DNA of 64,000 nucleotides from Escherichia phage vB_EcoM_Maryam: sequence record PQ799574.1; one strand, given 5' to 3'. Made by a program: the position numbers and the translations under genes. How positions within the stretch are numbered: the stretch's first letter is position 1; every line of letters starts with the position of its first letter. Of this stretch, positions 38,872-49,095 are shown piece after piece. The notes below the pieces were generated by a model that did no database searches, had not been told where the DNA came from, and saw only the letters and a program-made list of their open reading frames with translations.

Positions 38872-39137
38872 AATTTATTAATATTTCTATTACTATTGAA
38901 AATTATGGCATTTTCTATGTTGACCAATACATGAAAATTTCATTTTTCCCAAATAAGACTGGTGTTGGATATTGGGAAAGCCATGTTTCTGAATTAAATG
39001 AAAGTGAATATGTTAGTACACATGAAAAGTTTTTAGACTTTTTATATCATGCTGATCTAACTAGTCATTATATAGATATTCATGAATTTAAAAAGATGAT
39101 GGAGAAAGTATTCCAAGCATACTGTTTACTTAGATAA
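38868..39137 (+). CDS. hypothetical protein
   Basis: 89 aa. Confidence 0.45.
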   Translation: MKFINISITIENYGIFYVDQYMKISFFPNKTGVGYWESHVSELNESEYVSTHEKFLDFLYHADLTSHYIDIHEFKKMMEKVFQAYCLLR

Positions 39138-39215
39138 CTGATATCCTCTATGCTTTAAGATAGATCTTCAAATATTATGATATAATAGATCTATGAATTG
39201 AGCTAAGAGGTGAAA

Positions 39216-39773
39216 ATGTCAGAAACTAAGCCTAAATATAATTACGTAAACAATAAAGAGCTTTTACAAGCTATTATTGATTGGAAAACAGAATTAGCAA
39301 ATAATAAAGACCCAAATAAAGTAGTTCGTCAGAATGATACTATCGGATTAGCCATTATGCTTATTGCAGAAGGCTTATCTAAGCGTTTCAACTTTTCAGG
39401 ATACACCCAGTCTTGGAAACAAGAAATGATTGCAGATGGTATAGAAGCTTCTATTAAGGGGCTTCACAATTTTGATGAAACGAAATATAAAAACCCACAT
39501 GCATATATAACTCAAGCTTGTTTTAATGCATTCGTCCAGCGTATTAAAAAAGAACGTAAGGAAGTTGCAAAGAAATATAGTTACTTCGTTCACAATGTCT
39601 ATGACAGTCGTGACGACGATATGGTTGCGTTAGTAGATGAAACTTTTATTCAAGACATCTACGATAAAATGACGCATTACGAAGAATCAACCTATAGAAC
39701 ACCGGGGGCTGAAAAGAAAAGTGTTGTAGACGATTCTCCTAGTTTGGATTTTTTATATGAGGCTAACGATTAA
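39216..39773 (+). CDS. 55: late-transcription sigma factor gp55
   Basis: 185 aa from ATG 39216; matches recalled T4 gp55 N-terminus [23 protein letters not shown]. Confidence 0.9.
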
Positions 39774-39975
39774 CCTCTCCGGATTCTTGGAAGAAATACC
39801 TGAAGTTGAAGCTATTCCCTATTTACTTAAAATGTATCTCAGGGAAGTTTTAGCTCTTGACATTGATATTGATCCAGAAAATCCGTATGATACCGCTTTT
39901 AAATCTAATGGTGTAGAATTAAATTACAGGTATCATTTAACAGATGATGATTTTTATTTTATATTAGAGAAATAA
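39757..39975 (+). CDS. hypothetical protein
   Basis: 72 aa. Confidence 0.4.
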
Positions 39976-39976
39976 T

Positions 39977-40294
39977 ATGACTGATAAACCCGAAATTAAT
40001 GATGAAGTGGAAAAGCTTATTTCTTCTATTGAAGAAAAGAACCGTCTTGAAGCAGAAAGAAAAGCAAATAAGTTATTGTCTAAAAACAAACGCGAACTGA
40101 ATCGTCTTTATAAGCATGCTCAGATTGCGGCTGAAAATAATAATTTTGCTCAATACGAATATGCTATCAAGAAAAGTCGGGATATTCTAAAACAGCCATA
40201 TAACGATGAACTCATCAGTATTCTTTGGAAGACTACTAGATCGCAAATTGAGGATATGATTGATGCTTACACACGTAAAATTCAAGCGTCTTAA
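39977..40294 (+). CDS. hypothetical protein
   Basis: 105 aa. Confidence 0.45.
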   Translation: MTDKPEINDEVEKLISSIEEKNRLEAERKANKLLSKNKRELNRLYKHAQIAAENNNFAQYEYAIKKSRDILKQPYNDELISILWKTTRSQIEDMIDAYTRKIQAS

Positions 40295-40466
40295 AATTAA
40301 TGCAGGATTTACTGAATCTTTGAATGGTCATCTTTGTGTGAAAATTTCTGAAAAAGAATACCATGATAGTTCAATTAAAGAAGTTAATCCTCCTATTGTA
40401 AGAGCAGACCCTAATATGAAAGTGTGGGTTGATTCTTATCAAGTCAAAAAATGGTGGCAGTTATGA
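40260..40466 (+). CDS. hypothetical protein
   Basis: 68 aa. Confidence 0.4.
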   Translation: MMLTHVKFKRLKINAGFTESLNGHLCVKISEKEYHDSSIKEVNPPIVRADPNMKVWVDSYQVKKWWQL

Positions 40467-40642
40467 AAGATGAACATCCAGACTTCTGAAATAGATTATA
40501 ATAAAATTCGTTCCTCTAAAGAGGAAATGATGAGACTCTTTAAAGCGTCTCATGATAAAGCTAAAGCAGAAGGAACTATAAAATATAAGCGCATAAAATT
40601 TAAAAGTTCTAACGAGCCTCTGTATGGCGTATTATGTGGATA

Positions 40643-40658
40643 GGAGCTTCGGCTCCTA
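40643..40658 (+). terminator. UUCG-tetraloop hairpin (aggagc-ttcg-gctcct)
   Basis: perfect 6-bp stem. Confidence 0.45.
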
Positions 40659-40660
40659 TA

Positions 40661-40690
40661 TTGCTTTATAAATTTTTGGTAAAATAAACC
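40661..40690 (+). promoter_or_regulatory. putative MotA-dependent middle promoter for a-gt (MotA box TTGCTTTA)
   Basis: TTGCTTTA at 40661-40668 with an A/T -10-like element about 12 nt downstream. Confidence 0.4.
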
Positions 40691-40709
40691 AAAACAAAGA
40701 GGATATTAA

Positions 40710-41912
40710 ATGAAAGTATGTATTTTTATGGCTCGAGGTCTTGAAGGTTGTGGTGTAACAAAATTCTCACTCGAGCAACGTGATTGGTTTATTAAAAATG
40801 GTCATGAAGTAACTTTGGTTTATGCTAAAGATAAATCATTTACTCGTAATTGCGCGCATGATTATAAATCATTTTCAATTCCGGTTTTATTGGCAAAAGA
40901 ATATGATAAAACACTTAAGCTGGTAAATGATTGTGATATTCTAATTATCAATTCAGTTCCTGCTACTTCGGTTGAAGAAGACACTATTAATAACTATAAA
41001 AAAATTATTGATAACATTAAACCTTCTGTTCGTGTTGTAGTTTATCAACATGACCATTCTTCTCTTTCTTTGCGCCGAAATTTGGGATTAGAAGAAACTG
41101 TTCGTCGAGCTGATGTTATTTTTAGCCATTCTGATAATGGTGATTTTAATAAAGTTCTGATGAAAGAATGGTATCCTGAAACAGTTTCTCTGTTTGATGA
41201 TATTGAAGAAGCACCGACAGTATATAACTTTCAGCCTCCTATGGATATTGCGAAGGTTCGGTCAACCTACTGGAAAGATGTTTCTGAAATTAACATGAAT
41301 ATCAACCGTTGGATTGGTCGTACGACTACATGGAAAGGTTTTTATCAGATGTTTGATTTTCATGAAAAACATCTTAAACCTGCAGGACTAAGTACTATTA
41401 TGGAAGGTCTGGAACGTTCTCCAGCGTTCATTCCTATTAAAGAAAAAGGAATTCCATACGAGTATTATCGTCTTCATCAAGTAGACCAAATTAAAATTGC
41501 TCCTAATTTGCCAACGCAAATTCTTGACCGTTATGTAAATAGCGAAATGCTTGAACGTATGAGTAAATCCGGTTTTGGTTATCAGTTGAGTAAGTTGGAT
41601 AAAAAATATCTACAACGTTCTTTAGAATATACTCATCTCGAGCTTGGTGCATGTGGAACAATTCCGGTATTTTGGAAATCTACTGGCGAAAATTTAAAAT
41701 TCCGTGTTGATAATACTCCGCTAATTTCGCATGATAGCGGTATCGTTTGGTTTGATGAAAATGATATGGAATCAACGTTTGAACGTATTAAAGAACTGTC
41801 ATCTGACCGAGCTCTTTATGACCGTGAGCGAGAAAAAGCGTATGAATTTTTGTATCAGCATCAAGATTCAAGCTTCTGCTTTAAAGAACAGTTTGACATT
41901 ATTACAAAATAA
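40710..41912 (+). CDS. a-gt: DNA alpha-glucosyltransferase
   Basis: 400 aa; position between gene 55 and gene 47. Confidence 0.8.
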   Translation: MKVCIFMARGLEGCGVTKFSLEQRDWFIKNGHEVTLVYAKDKSFTRNCAHDYKSFSIPVLLAKEYDKTLKLVNDCDILIINSVPATSVEEDTINNYKKIIDNIKPSVRVVVYQHDHSSLSLRRNLGLEETVRRADVIFSHSDNGDFNKVLMKEWYPETVSLFDDIEEAPTVYNFQPPMDIAKVRSTYWKDVSEINMNINRWIGRTTTWKGFYQMFDFHEKHLKPAGLSTIMEGLERSPAFIPIKEKGIPYEYYRLHQVDQIKIAPNLPTQILDRYVNSEMLERMSKSGFGYQLSKLDKKYLQRSLEYTHLELGACGTIPVFWKSTGENLKFRVDNTPLISHDSGIVWFDENDMESTFERIKELSSDRALYDREREKAYEFLYQHQDSSFCFKEQFDIITK

Positions 41913-41913
41913 A

Positions 41914-41932
41914 GGGCTTCGGCCCTTTAGCT
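41914..41932 (+). terminator. UUCG-tetraloop hairpin (agggc-ttcg-gccct)
   Basis: hairpin just after a-gt stop; weak T tract. Confidence 0.5.
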
Positions 41933-42088
41933 TTATACGGAGTTTGATATAATGATATTTCTTGGATATGTGATACTTTTTCTTGCATTTTATCTATTCA
42001 CTAGAGCATGTTGGATTGGGTTCTTTAGCACTCCAGATGGATTTATTTCAATAATTTTATTTTGCATTTCAATGACGGTTCTTGATAT

Positions 42089-43108
42089 ATGAAAATTTTA
42101 AATTTAGGTGATTGGCATTTAGGCGTTAAAGCTGATGATGAGTGGGTTCAATCCATTCAGTTGGATGGAATTAAACAAGCAATAGAATATTCTAAGAAAA
42201 ATGGAATTACTACCTGGATTCAATACGGCGATATTTTTGATGTGCGAAAAGCGATCACGCATAAAACTATGGAGTTTGCTCGTGAAATAGTTCAAATGCT
42301 TGATGATGCTGGTATTACCCTACATACTATTGTAGGAAACCATGATATGCACTTTAAAAATACTTTAACTCCAAATGCCTCTACTGAGCTTTTGGCTAAA
42401 TATCCTAATGTTAAAGTATATGATAAGCCTACTACAGTAGATTTTGACGGATGTTTAATTGATTTAATTCCTTGGATGTGTGAAGAAAATACTGGTGAAA
42501 TTCTTGAACACATCAAAACTTCATCTGCTTCTTTTTGTGTTGGTCACTGGGAACTGAATGGATTTTATTTTTATAAAGGAATGAAATCTCATGGTCTTGA
42601 ACCTGATTTCCTTAAGACTTATAAAGAAGTGTGGTCTGGTCACTTCCATACTATTTCTGAGGCTGCAAACGTCAGATATATTGGGACACCATGGACACTA
42701 ACTGCAGGTGACGAGAATGACCCTCGTGGGTTCTGGATGTTTGATACAGAAACAGAACGAATGGAATTTATTCCAAACAATACTACCTGGCATCGTAGAA
42801 TTCATTATCCATTTAAAGGAAAAATTGACTATAAAGATTTTACAAATCTATCAGTACGTGTTATAGTAACTGAAGTAGACAAAAATCTAACGAAGTTCGA
42901 ATCTGAACTAGAAAAAGTTGTGCATTCATTACGAGTTGTGTCAAAGATTGATAACTCTGTCGAGTCAGATGACAGTGAAGAAGTTGAAGTTCAATCTCTT
43001 CAGACGTTGATGGAAGAATACATTAATGCAATTCCAGACATCACTGATTCTGATCGCGAAGCACTTATTCAATATGCAAATCAGTTATATGTAGAGGCAA
43101 CACAATGA
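42089..43108 (+). CDS. 47: recombination endonuclease subunit gp47 (Mre11-like)
   Basis: 339 aa; phosphoesterase motifs GDWHLG, GDIFD, GNHD. Confidence 0.9.
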   Translation: MKILNLGDWHLGVKADDEWVQSIQLDGIKQAIEYSKKNGITTWIQYGDIFDVRKAITHKTMEFAREIVQMLDDAGITLHTIVGNHDMHFKNTLTPNASTELLAKYPNVKVYDKPTTVDFDGCLIDLIPWMCEENTGEILEHIKTSSASFCVGHWELNGFYFYKGMKSHGLEPDFLKTYKEVWSGHFHTISEAANVRYIGTPWTLTAGDENDPRGFWMFDTETERMEFIPNNTTWHRRIHYPFKGKIDYKDFTNLSVRVIVTEVDKNLTKFESELEKVVHSLRVVSKIDNSVESDDSEEVEVQSLQTLMEEYINAIPDITDSDREALIQYANQLYVEATQ

Positions 43109-43368
43109 CTTTTGATGAATTTAAAAATGTTATGATGAGTCAGCATTTTGAATGCGAAGTAAAAGATGATATTGGTCATAAAGAAATTATTGAATATTGG
43201 TTTGAACCGCTAGAGGTTGAAGATAATTGTATTAAAAAGGTTACGGTCTGCACTGACTGGGCTGTATCTTTTAACTTCAACATTTTAGATAATGACACAC
43301 CTAAATCATTACGAGATATGGCTGTATCTTGTATTAAGGATGCATATTGTGAAGTTTTCGACATTTGA
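43105..43368 (+). CDS. hypothetical protein
   Basis: 87 aa. Confidence 0.5.
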   Translation: MTFDEFKNVMMSQHFECEVKDDIGHKEIIEYWFEPLEVEDNCIKKVTVCTDWAVSFNFNILDNDTPKSLRDMAVSCIKDAYCEVFDI

Positions 43369-43555
43369 CATTAATGATGAATTCATAGCAAATATTGATT
43401 ATACCGAAGAAGATTCTAGATATGTTGGAATAATTTATATTACATCAAAAACAGCACAAGGTGTTGTTTGCATGGCTGAATTTGATGAATACTTTTTAGA
43501 TTATGATGATATGATAGAATGGTCTAAAAGATACATTAAAAGGAATCTTTTGTGA
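43340..43555 (+). CDS. hypothetical protein
   Basis: 71 aa from ATG 43340. Confidence 0.45.
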   Translation: MHIVKFSTFDINDEFIANIDYTEEDSRYVGIIYITSKTAQGVVCMAEFDEYFLDYDDMIEWSKRYIKRNLL

Positions 43556-45234
43556 AGAATTTTAAACTAAACCGAGTTAGGTATCAAAATATAATGTCAG
43601 TAGGTGGAAATCCTATTGACATTCAATTAGATAAGGTTCAAAAAACTCTTATTACTGGACGAAATGGCGGTGGTAAGTCTACTATGCTAGAAGCCATCAC
43701 ATTTGGGCTTTTTGGTAAGCCATTTCGTGATGTAAAGAAAGGTCAATTAATAAACAGCACAAATAAGAAAGAACTTTTAGTTGAACTGTGGATGGAATAT
43801 GATGAGAAAAAGTACTATATCAAAAGAGGACAAAAACCAAACGTTTTCGAAATCACCGTTAACGGTACACGTCTTAATGAATCTGCCAGCAGTAAAGATT
43901 TCCAAGCAGAATTTGAACAGCTTATCGGAATGTCATATGCCAGTTTCAAGCAGATTGTTGTCCTTGGTACAGCAGGGTATACCCCTTTCATGGGTTTGTC
44001 GACCCCTGCACGAAGAAAGCTTGTGGAAGACCTGCTTGAGGTAGGAACATTAGCTGAAATGGATAAGCTTAATAAAGCACTAATACGTGAATTAAATTCG
44101 CAGAACCAAGTGCTTGATGTTAAAAAAGATAGTATTATCCAACAAATTAAAATATATAATGATAACGTTGAACGCCAGAAAAAATTGTCTGGTGACAACC
44201 TTACTCGTCTGCAGAATATGTATGATGATTTGGCAAAAGAAGCTAGAACGCTAAAATCGGAAATAGAAGAAGCTAATGAAAGATTAGTTAATATTGTTTT
44301 AGATGAAGACCCGACTGATGCATTTAATAAAATCGGTCAAGAAGCATTTTTAATTAAATCAAAAATTGACTCGTATAATAAAGTCATTAATATGTATCAT
44401 GAAGGTGGATTATGTCCAACCTGTTTGTCACAATTAAGTTCCGGTGATAAAGTTGTTTCTAAAATTAAAGATAAAGTTTCTGAATGTACGCATTCATTTG
44501 AACAGCTTTCAACACACCGTGATAATTTAAAAGTTCTTGTTGATGAATACCGAGATAATATTAAAACCCAGCAGTCGTTGGCAAATGATATTCGCAATAA
44601 AAAGCAATCTCTAATCACGACGGTAGATAAAGCTAAAAAAGTTAAAGCGGCTATAGAAAAAGCATCTTCTGAGTTTATTGACCATGCTGATGAAATAGCA
44701 CTGCTTCAAGAAGAACTTGATAAAATTGTTAAGACAAAAACTAATTTAGTAATGGAAAAATACCACCGAGGAATTTTGACTGATATGCTCAAAGATTCTG
44801 GTATTAAAGGTGCTATTATTAAAAAGTACATTCCATTATTTAATAAGCAGATTAACCATTATCTTAAAATAATGGAAGCGGATTATGTGTTTACATTAGA
44901 TGAAGAATTTAATGAGACAATTAAATCCCGTGGTCGTGAAGATTTTAGTTATGCTTCATTTAGTGAAGGTGAAAAGGCACGAATTGATATTGCTCTTTTA
45001 TTTACTTGGCGTGATATTGCTTCTATCGTATCTGGTGTTAGTATTAGTACATTAATTCTTGATGAAGTGTTTGATGGGTCATTTGATGCCGAAGGTATTA
45101 AAGGTGTAGCTAATATTATAAATTCAATGAAAAACACTAATGTTTTTATAATTTCGCATAAAGACCATGACCCGCAAGAATATGGTCAGCATCTTCAAAT
45201 GAAGAAAGTTGGTCGATTTACTATAATGGTTTAA
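43552..45234 (+). CDS. 46: recombination endonuclease subunit gp46 (Rad50/SbcC-like ATPase)
   Basis: 560 aa; Walker A GRNGGGKST, central coiled coil with CPTC zinc hook, C-terminal signature; GTG start. Confidence 0.9.
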   Translation: MKNFKLNRVRYQNIMSVGGNPIDIQLDKVQKTLITGRNGGGKSTMLEAITFGLFGKPFRDVKKGQLINSTNKKELLVELWMEYDEKKYYIKRGQKPNVFEITVNGTRLNESASSKDFQAEFEQLIGMSYASFKQIVVLGTAGYTPFMGLSTPARRKLVEDLLEVGTLAEMDKLNKALIRELNSQNQVLDVKKDSIIQQIKIYNDNVERQKKLSGDNLTRLQNMYDDLAKEARTLKSEIEEANERLVNIVLDEDPTDAFNKIGQEAFLIKSKIDSYNKVINMYHEGGLCPTCLSQLSSGDKVVSKIKDKVSECTHSFEQLSTHRDNLKVLVDEYRDNIKTQQSLANDIRNKKQSLITTVDKAKKVKAAIEKASSEFIDHADEIALLQEELDKIVKTKTNLVMEKYHRGILTDMLKDSGIKGAIIKKYIPLFNKQINHYLKIMEADYVFTLDEEFNETIKSRGREDFSYASFSEGEKARIDIALLFTWRDIASIVSGVSISTLILDEVFDGSFDAEGIKGVANIINSMKNTNVFIISHKDHDPQEYGQHLQMKKVGRFTIMV

Positions 45235-45289
45235 TTTATAAGAGATTATGCTTTAATTTATTAGAGTATAATCTCTATGGAGGAAAAAC

Positions 45290-45478
45290 ATGGAATATTC
45301 AACTGGACAGCATCTATTAACTATTCCTGAAATAAAACGATATATTCTGAGAAATAATTTTTCTAATGAAGAGCATATAGTTACTGAATCTATGCTTAGG
45401 AATGCATTTAAAGCAGAATATACAAAAATAATGTCCAATAGAAATGAAGCTTGGACTGTTACTGATTATTATGACTAA
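45290..45478 (+). CDS. hypothetical protein
   Basis: 62 aa. Confidence 0.45.
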   Translation: MEYSTGQHLLTIPEIKRYILRNNFSNEEHIVTESMLRNAFKAEYTKIMSNRNEAWTVTDYYD

Positions 45479-45487
45479 AGGTGTATT

Positions 45488-45877
45488 ATGACTAAAATTA
45501 CTGTGAATTATACTGTTGATGTAAAAGATATTCAGCCAAAACACGTGCGTTCTGAATCAAATCCACAAAACCAAAATAAAATTCGTCGCGCATGGGTTTT
45601 GTCTCTTTCTGATAACGCAATGGAAGTTATTCAGAATAAAATTAAATCTGCACCTGCTCGTCATGCGTATTATGAAGCTATCGATCGTGAAGTAAGTAAT
45701 AAATGGATTGAACTAATGCGCAAACATACTACAGAATCCCTAAACGCCGGTGCTAAATTTATTATGACTTCATGTGGTGAACGCCTTGAAGATGATTATT
45801 GTGGTAATGCAGATGAACGTCTAATTGTTGCTGCTCAAATTGTTGCGGAAACAATTGCGGCTGATTTTAATCGTTAA
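45488..45877 (+). CDS. rpbA: RNA polymerase-binding protein RpbA
   Basis: 129 aa; position between gene 46 and gene 45. Confidence 0.7.
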
Positions 45878-45878
45878 T

Positions 45879-45905
45879 TGCTTTATTAAATTAGTTATAA
45901 AATTA
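45879..45905 (+). promoter_or_regulatory. putative middle promoter for gene 45 (MotA box TGCTTTA)
   Basis: TGCTTTA at 45879-45885 followed by an A/T -10-like element; spacing slightly short. Confidence 0.35.
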
Positions 45906-45932
45906 AATCTCATTTGAATTGAAGGAAATTAC

Positions 45933-45992
45933 ATGAAACTGTCTAAAGATACTACTGCTCTGCTTAAAAATTTCGCTACTATTAACTCGTAA
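45933..45992 (+). pseudogene. 45: truncated sliding clamp gene 45: first 19 codons then stop
   Basis: MKLSKDTTALLKNFATINS matches recalled gp45 N-terminus; expected GIMLKSG continuation is replaced by TAA; rest of the 228-codon gene absent. Confidence 0.8.
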
Positions 45993-46062
45993 TTAAAATC
46001 GCAGCAGTTTTTTCATTCAGAACATCGTTAGAAGCTTTGATGATGTAAGTTACTTTAGACAT
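45982..46062 (-). pseudogene. motA: truncated motA: first about 25 codons on minus strand, then unrelated codons and stop
   Basis: minus-strand MSKVTYIIKASNDVLNEKTAAILIT matches recalled MotA N-terminus; similarity ends at 45988, abutting the gene 45 fragment. Confidence 0.75.
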
Positions 46063-46159
46063 TTTGTTTCTCCGTAGTTGATAAGACTATAATACCATAA
46101 GTTAAAGCAGAAGTAAACTTTATTTTGAGCTCTTTTTCAAGAGCTCTGGTAAAAATTAC

Positions 46160-46375
46160 TTAGATTGATAGGTCTTTAATCTTAGCTATTAAAACAGCTT
46201 TTCCTTCACGAAGTTTTTCCAGTTTACGACCATTAGAGCCGCGAACTACTAAGGAATTTATCTCCACTTCCAACCAATTTAGTTTTTCAACTAGTTCTTT
46301 ACGTTTAGCATTCATGCCGGGTTTAACTTTACCGAAACGGGTGGTAGCGTTTTGAGTATTTTTCATCTTATTCAT
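46160..46375 (-). CDS. hypothetical basic protein
   Basis: 71 aa; ggag RBS. Confidence 0.5.
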   Translation of the reverse strand: MNKMKNTQNATTRFGKVKPGMNAKRKELVEKLNWLEVEINSLVVRGSNGRKLEKLREGKAVLIAKIKDLSI

Positions 46376-46414
46376 TTTAATCTCCAGTTATTTTTCTGTA
46401 TCAGTGTTGATAGG

Positions 46415-46447
46415 GTAATAGTACCATGGAATGCTTTGGTTGTAAAC
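46415..46447 (-). promoter_or_regulatory. T4-type early promoter, minus strand (GTTTAC ... TGGTACTATTAC)
   Basis: reverse complement shows GTTTAC, 15-nt spacer, extended -10; shares ctattaccctatcaac with the promoters at 6061 and 6361. Confidence 0.65.
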
Positions 46448-46469
46448 CGTTTTGTGAAAAAAATTTTAA

Positions 46470-46497
46470 ATAAAAAAGGGAGAGCCGAGGCTCTCCC
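46470..46497 (-). terminator. rho-independent terminator, minus strand (gggagagcc hairpin + T run on minus)
   Basis: 9-bp GC stem; A run precedes on plus strand, so T run follows on minus. Confidence 0.65.
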
Positions 46498-46502
46498 TAA
46501 AA

Positions 46503-46652
46503 TTACTGCATGACTGTGATAACTGTCATGATAACACGTTGAATTCCGAACGCAAGAAGACCTCCTGCTACGGCTGGAACAACGCCTAAACCAGCCAGTA
46601 AAATGCTACCAGATACTAATGCAGCGCTTGTAATACCAATGAATGGACTCAT
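46503..46652 (-). CDS. small hydrophobic membrane peptide
   Basis: 49 aa MSPFIGITSAALVSGSILLAGLGVV...; ATGA overlap with gene 52 stop. Confidence 0.4.
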   Translation of the reverse strand: MSPFIGITSAALVSGSILLAGLGVVPAVAGGLLAFGIQRVIMTVITVMQ

Positions 46653-47977
46653 TTGATTTCCTCTAAATCTTTGGTGTATTCGGTAACTACATCAGTAGTT
46701 TTCCAATATTCGTTTTCTTCTTTTTTAGCTTTAGCTTCTTCAGCAAGTTTCTTTGCTTCATCGGAAGTCATATGAAAAATATTCATTCCAACTAGTTTAT
46801 CAACATAAGAAGAATACATATCGATTTTCGAAAGTTCTTCGGTCAGTTCTTTACGAGTTTTACCCTGTACAACAATTTCACCTGAAATTACTTTCTTAAT
46901 GAAATGTGCCTTGGCAAAGGCTAAACGAAAAGCTGATTCAGTTTCTTTAATTTTGTTATCAATTCGTTTTTGGACATAAGTTTTACGAACTTCAACGAAG
47001 TCTTTAATTAAATCAACTACGTTATCGTAAACTTGTAGTTTTCCTTTCTCATTAATAACCGTAATATTCTGAGAACGACGCTCAATCAACCCAAAGTCTT
47101 TCATAATTTTTGCATGGCGTTCTTCTTCATTATCGCTCAAAGAATATTCTTTACGGAATTTAACTTTGAATCCAAAACCGTGCTCACCGCAAGCATCATC
47201 CCATGTAATGAAGCCTTTATCTTCAAGTGGGTCTAAGATTTTACTCACATAAGTTTCACGATCATACTTATATGGAATCTCAGTGATATGCATTTGAGTT
47301 CGTGAAGTAAACTTATATGTTCCGCGAATTTCATATTGACCATCAATCTCAACGACTTCACCACGAAATTCTGGGAATTCTACCTTCGGTTTAGTTACTT
47401 TCTTTCCTTGAAGAGCTTGCAGTACAGCTTTCTTGACAGAAGAAACACTATGAGGAAGAATGTAAGTTGCATAACCAGTTGCAATACCGGAAACGCCATT
47501 AAGAAGAACAGTAGGAATAATAGGTAAATAGAAAGCAGGCGGAATGTGTTCTTTATCTTGATGTACCGGAGCATATTCAGTATCTTTATATACGTTATAG
47601 AAATTTTTACTTACACGAGCAAAAATATAACGACTTGCTGCTGCTTTTTGGACGGTACGAGAACCAAAGTTTCCTTGACCATCTAACAGAGGAAAATTAT
47701 TATTCCAAGTGTTAGCCATCAAAGCACCTGCGTCTTGTGCAGAGTTTTCGCCATGGTGATATCCAAGGTCCGCTACACCACCTGCAATAGAAGCAAGTTT
47801 GTGAAACTTATCTTTATTTCCTCGTGCCAAATCAAGAGCTCGAGCAATAACAAATCGTTGAACTGGCTTAAATCCATCAATCATATTTGGAATGGCACGA
47901 TTTTCAACCGTGTACATAGCATAAGCCAATGCTTCATTATCAATGATACTTTTTAAATCGCGATTATTCAGTTGCAT
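46649..47977 (-). CDS. 52: DNA topoisomerase II medium subunit gp52 (GyrA-like)
   Basis: 442 aa; conserved GyrA-like N-terminal region (PNMIDGFKPVQRFVIARAL). Confidence 0.9.
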   Translation of the reverse strand: MQLNNRDLKSIIDNEALAYAMYTVENRAIPNMIDGFKPVQRFVIARALDLARGNKDKFHKLASIAGGVADLGYHHGENSAQDAGALMANTWNNNFPLLDGQGNFGSRTVQKAAASRYIFARVSKNFYNVYKDTEYAPVHQDKEHIPPAFYLPIIPTVLLNGVSGIATGYATYILPHSVSSVKKAVLQALQGKKVTKPKVEFPEFRGEVVEIDGQYEIRGTYKFTSRTQMHITEIPYKYDRETYVSKILDPLEDKGFITWDDACGEHGFGFKVKFRKEYSLSDNEEERHAKIMKDFGLIERRSQNITVINEKGKLQVYDNVVDLIKDFVEVRKTYVQKRIDNKIKETESAFRLAFAKAHFIKKVISGEIVVQGKTRKELTEELSKIDMYSSYVDKLVGMNIFHMTSDEAKKLAEEAKAKKEENEYWKTTDVVTEYTKDLEEIK

Positions 47978-47981
47978 AAAT

Positions 47982-48122
47982 TTACCATACTAGTGAATGT
48001 AGTGCCATAATAACATCAGAAATGAAAAGCACGACTTGAATTAATCCGAACATTACTCCATAATATAGTGCTACTAATAAAGTAGCAAGGGCTAATGAAT
48101 AGCCCAAGATTTTCTTAATCAT
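47982..48122 (-). CDS. small membrane peptide
   Basis: 46 aa hydrophobic ORF MIKKILGYSLALATLLVALYYG... Confidence 0.4.
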   Translation of the reverse strand: MIKKILGYSLALATLLVALYYGVMFGLIQVVLFISDVIMALHSLVW

Positions 48123-48273
48123 TAGTAGATAACAACACAAATGTTAAATATGCACACATACCTTGGGCTAAAGCTTGCGAAAACACGCTGCTGGCATCAA
48201 TACAGATAGTTAAAACACATGCTACTATCCAACAAATAAATGAAATAACTCCTAATAATTTTGCAATATTCAT
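48115..48273 (-). CDS. small membrane peptide (ac position)
   Basis: 52 aa MNIAKLLGVISFICWIVACVLTIC...; overlaps the next small ORF. Confidence 0.4.
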   Translation of the reverse strand: MNIAKLLGVISFICWIVACVLTICIDASSVFSQALAQGMCAYLTFVLLSTND

Positions 48274-48360
48274 ATTTTCCTCACTGGCGTCCGAAGACGC
48301 CTTTAGTTTTAAGATTATTACGATAGAACTGCATCACATGTTCGTTATGGAAATTACTCA

Positions 48361-48819
48361 TTAATATGCCTGCAAAACAAATTTAAAGTTATCAGCCAAC
48401 ATACGGTTCATTTCTTCAAGTGTTTGATACTCAGAATGATGATTACGAGTAAACGCCAAAGCTAACTGACCTTTACCAAATCCTGTCGTCAGAGGTTTCA
48501 TCTTAGAAGCAGGCAGATAAAATACTGTGTATGGAACATTGTTATTTGCAATAGTACGTGCAAGCTGAGACCGACGTTGACGAATATGACTTAGAACTGC
48601 ACTGAATCCTTGCTTAGAACGCTGATTACCTACATAAAATCGTGCAGACACACATGGATTACTAAATGGACGACCATCTAATTTACTTACTAAAAAGTAA
48701 AATCCAGGTTTAGATAAAATGTCTTTATGCGGAGTTCCCAAAAACCATTCACCGCCCTTGATTGTGCCAATAACAGTAGCGCCTGCATTATTCAGATCAG
48801 TAACAGTCATGTATTTCAT
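48361..48819 (-). CDS. hypothetical protein (ndd position, possible nucleoid disruption protein)
   Basis: 152 aa from ATG 48819; assignment by position and size only. Confidence 0.4.
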
Positions 48820-48879
48820 ATTAATTTCCTCTAAATTATTTTCTACTCCAAGGCCGCATGAATACACGCGGCCATTAAA

Positions 48880-49095
48880 TTAATCGTCGCAGTCGACGCT
48901 CAATTCCCAAAACTCTTCTACGGTATAAGTTTCAATATCATTTTCAATACAGAAACGTTCATTACTATTGTTTGCTAAAGTAGCGTTAACTGTCATTTTC
49001 TCGCTGGTACTCTTAAGAGGTGAAATACGAATTAACTGATCACCGTTATCTAAACAAAAAATTTCACCAACTTTTACATCTTTAAAACTTTTCAT
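48880..49095 (-). CDS. hypothetical protein
   Basis: 71 aa. Confidence 0.45.
   Translation of the reverse strand: MKSFKDVKVGEIFCLDNGDQLIRISPLKSTSEKMTVNATLANNSNERFCIENDIETYTVEEFWELSVDCDD

Noticed and set aside
43781-44198. Overlapping ORFs 43781-44044 (plus) and 43815-44198 (minus) within gene 46
   Set aside because: They are alternative-frame or antisense ORFs inside the well-supported Rad50-like gene and have no independent signals
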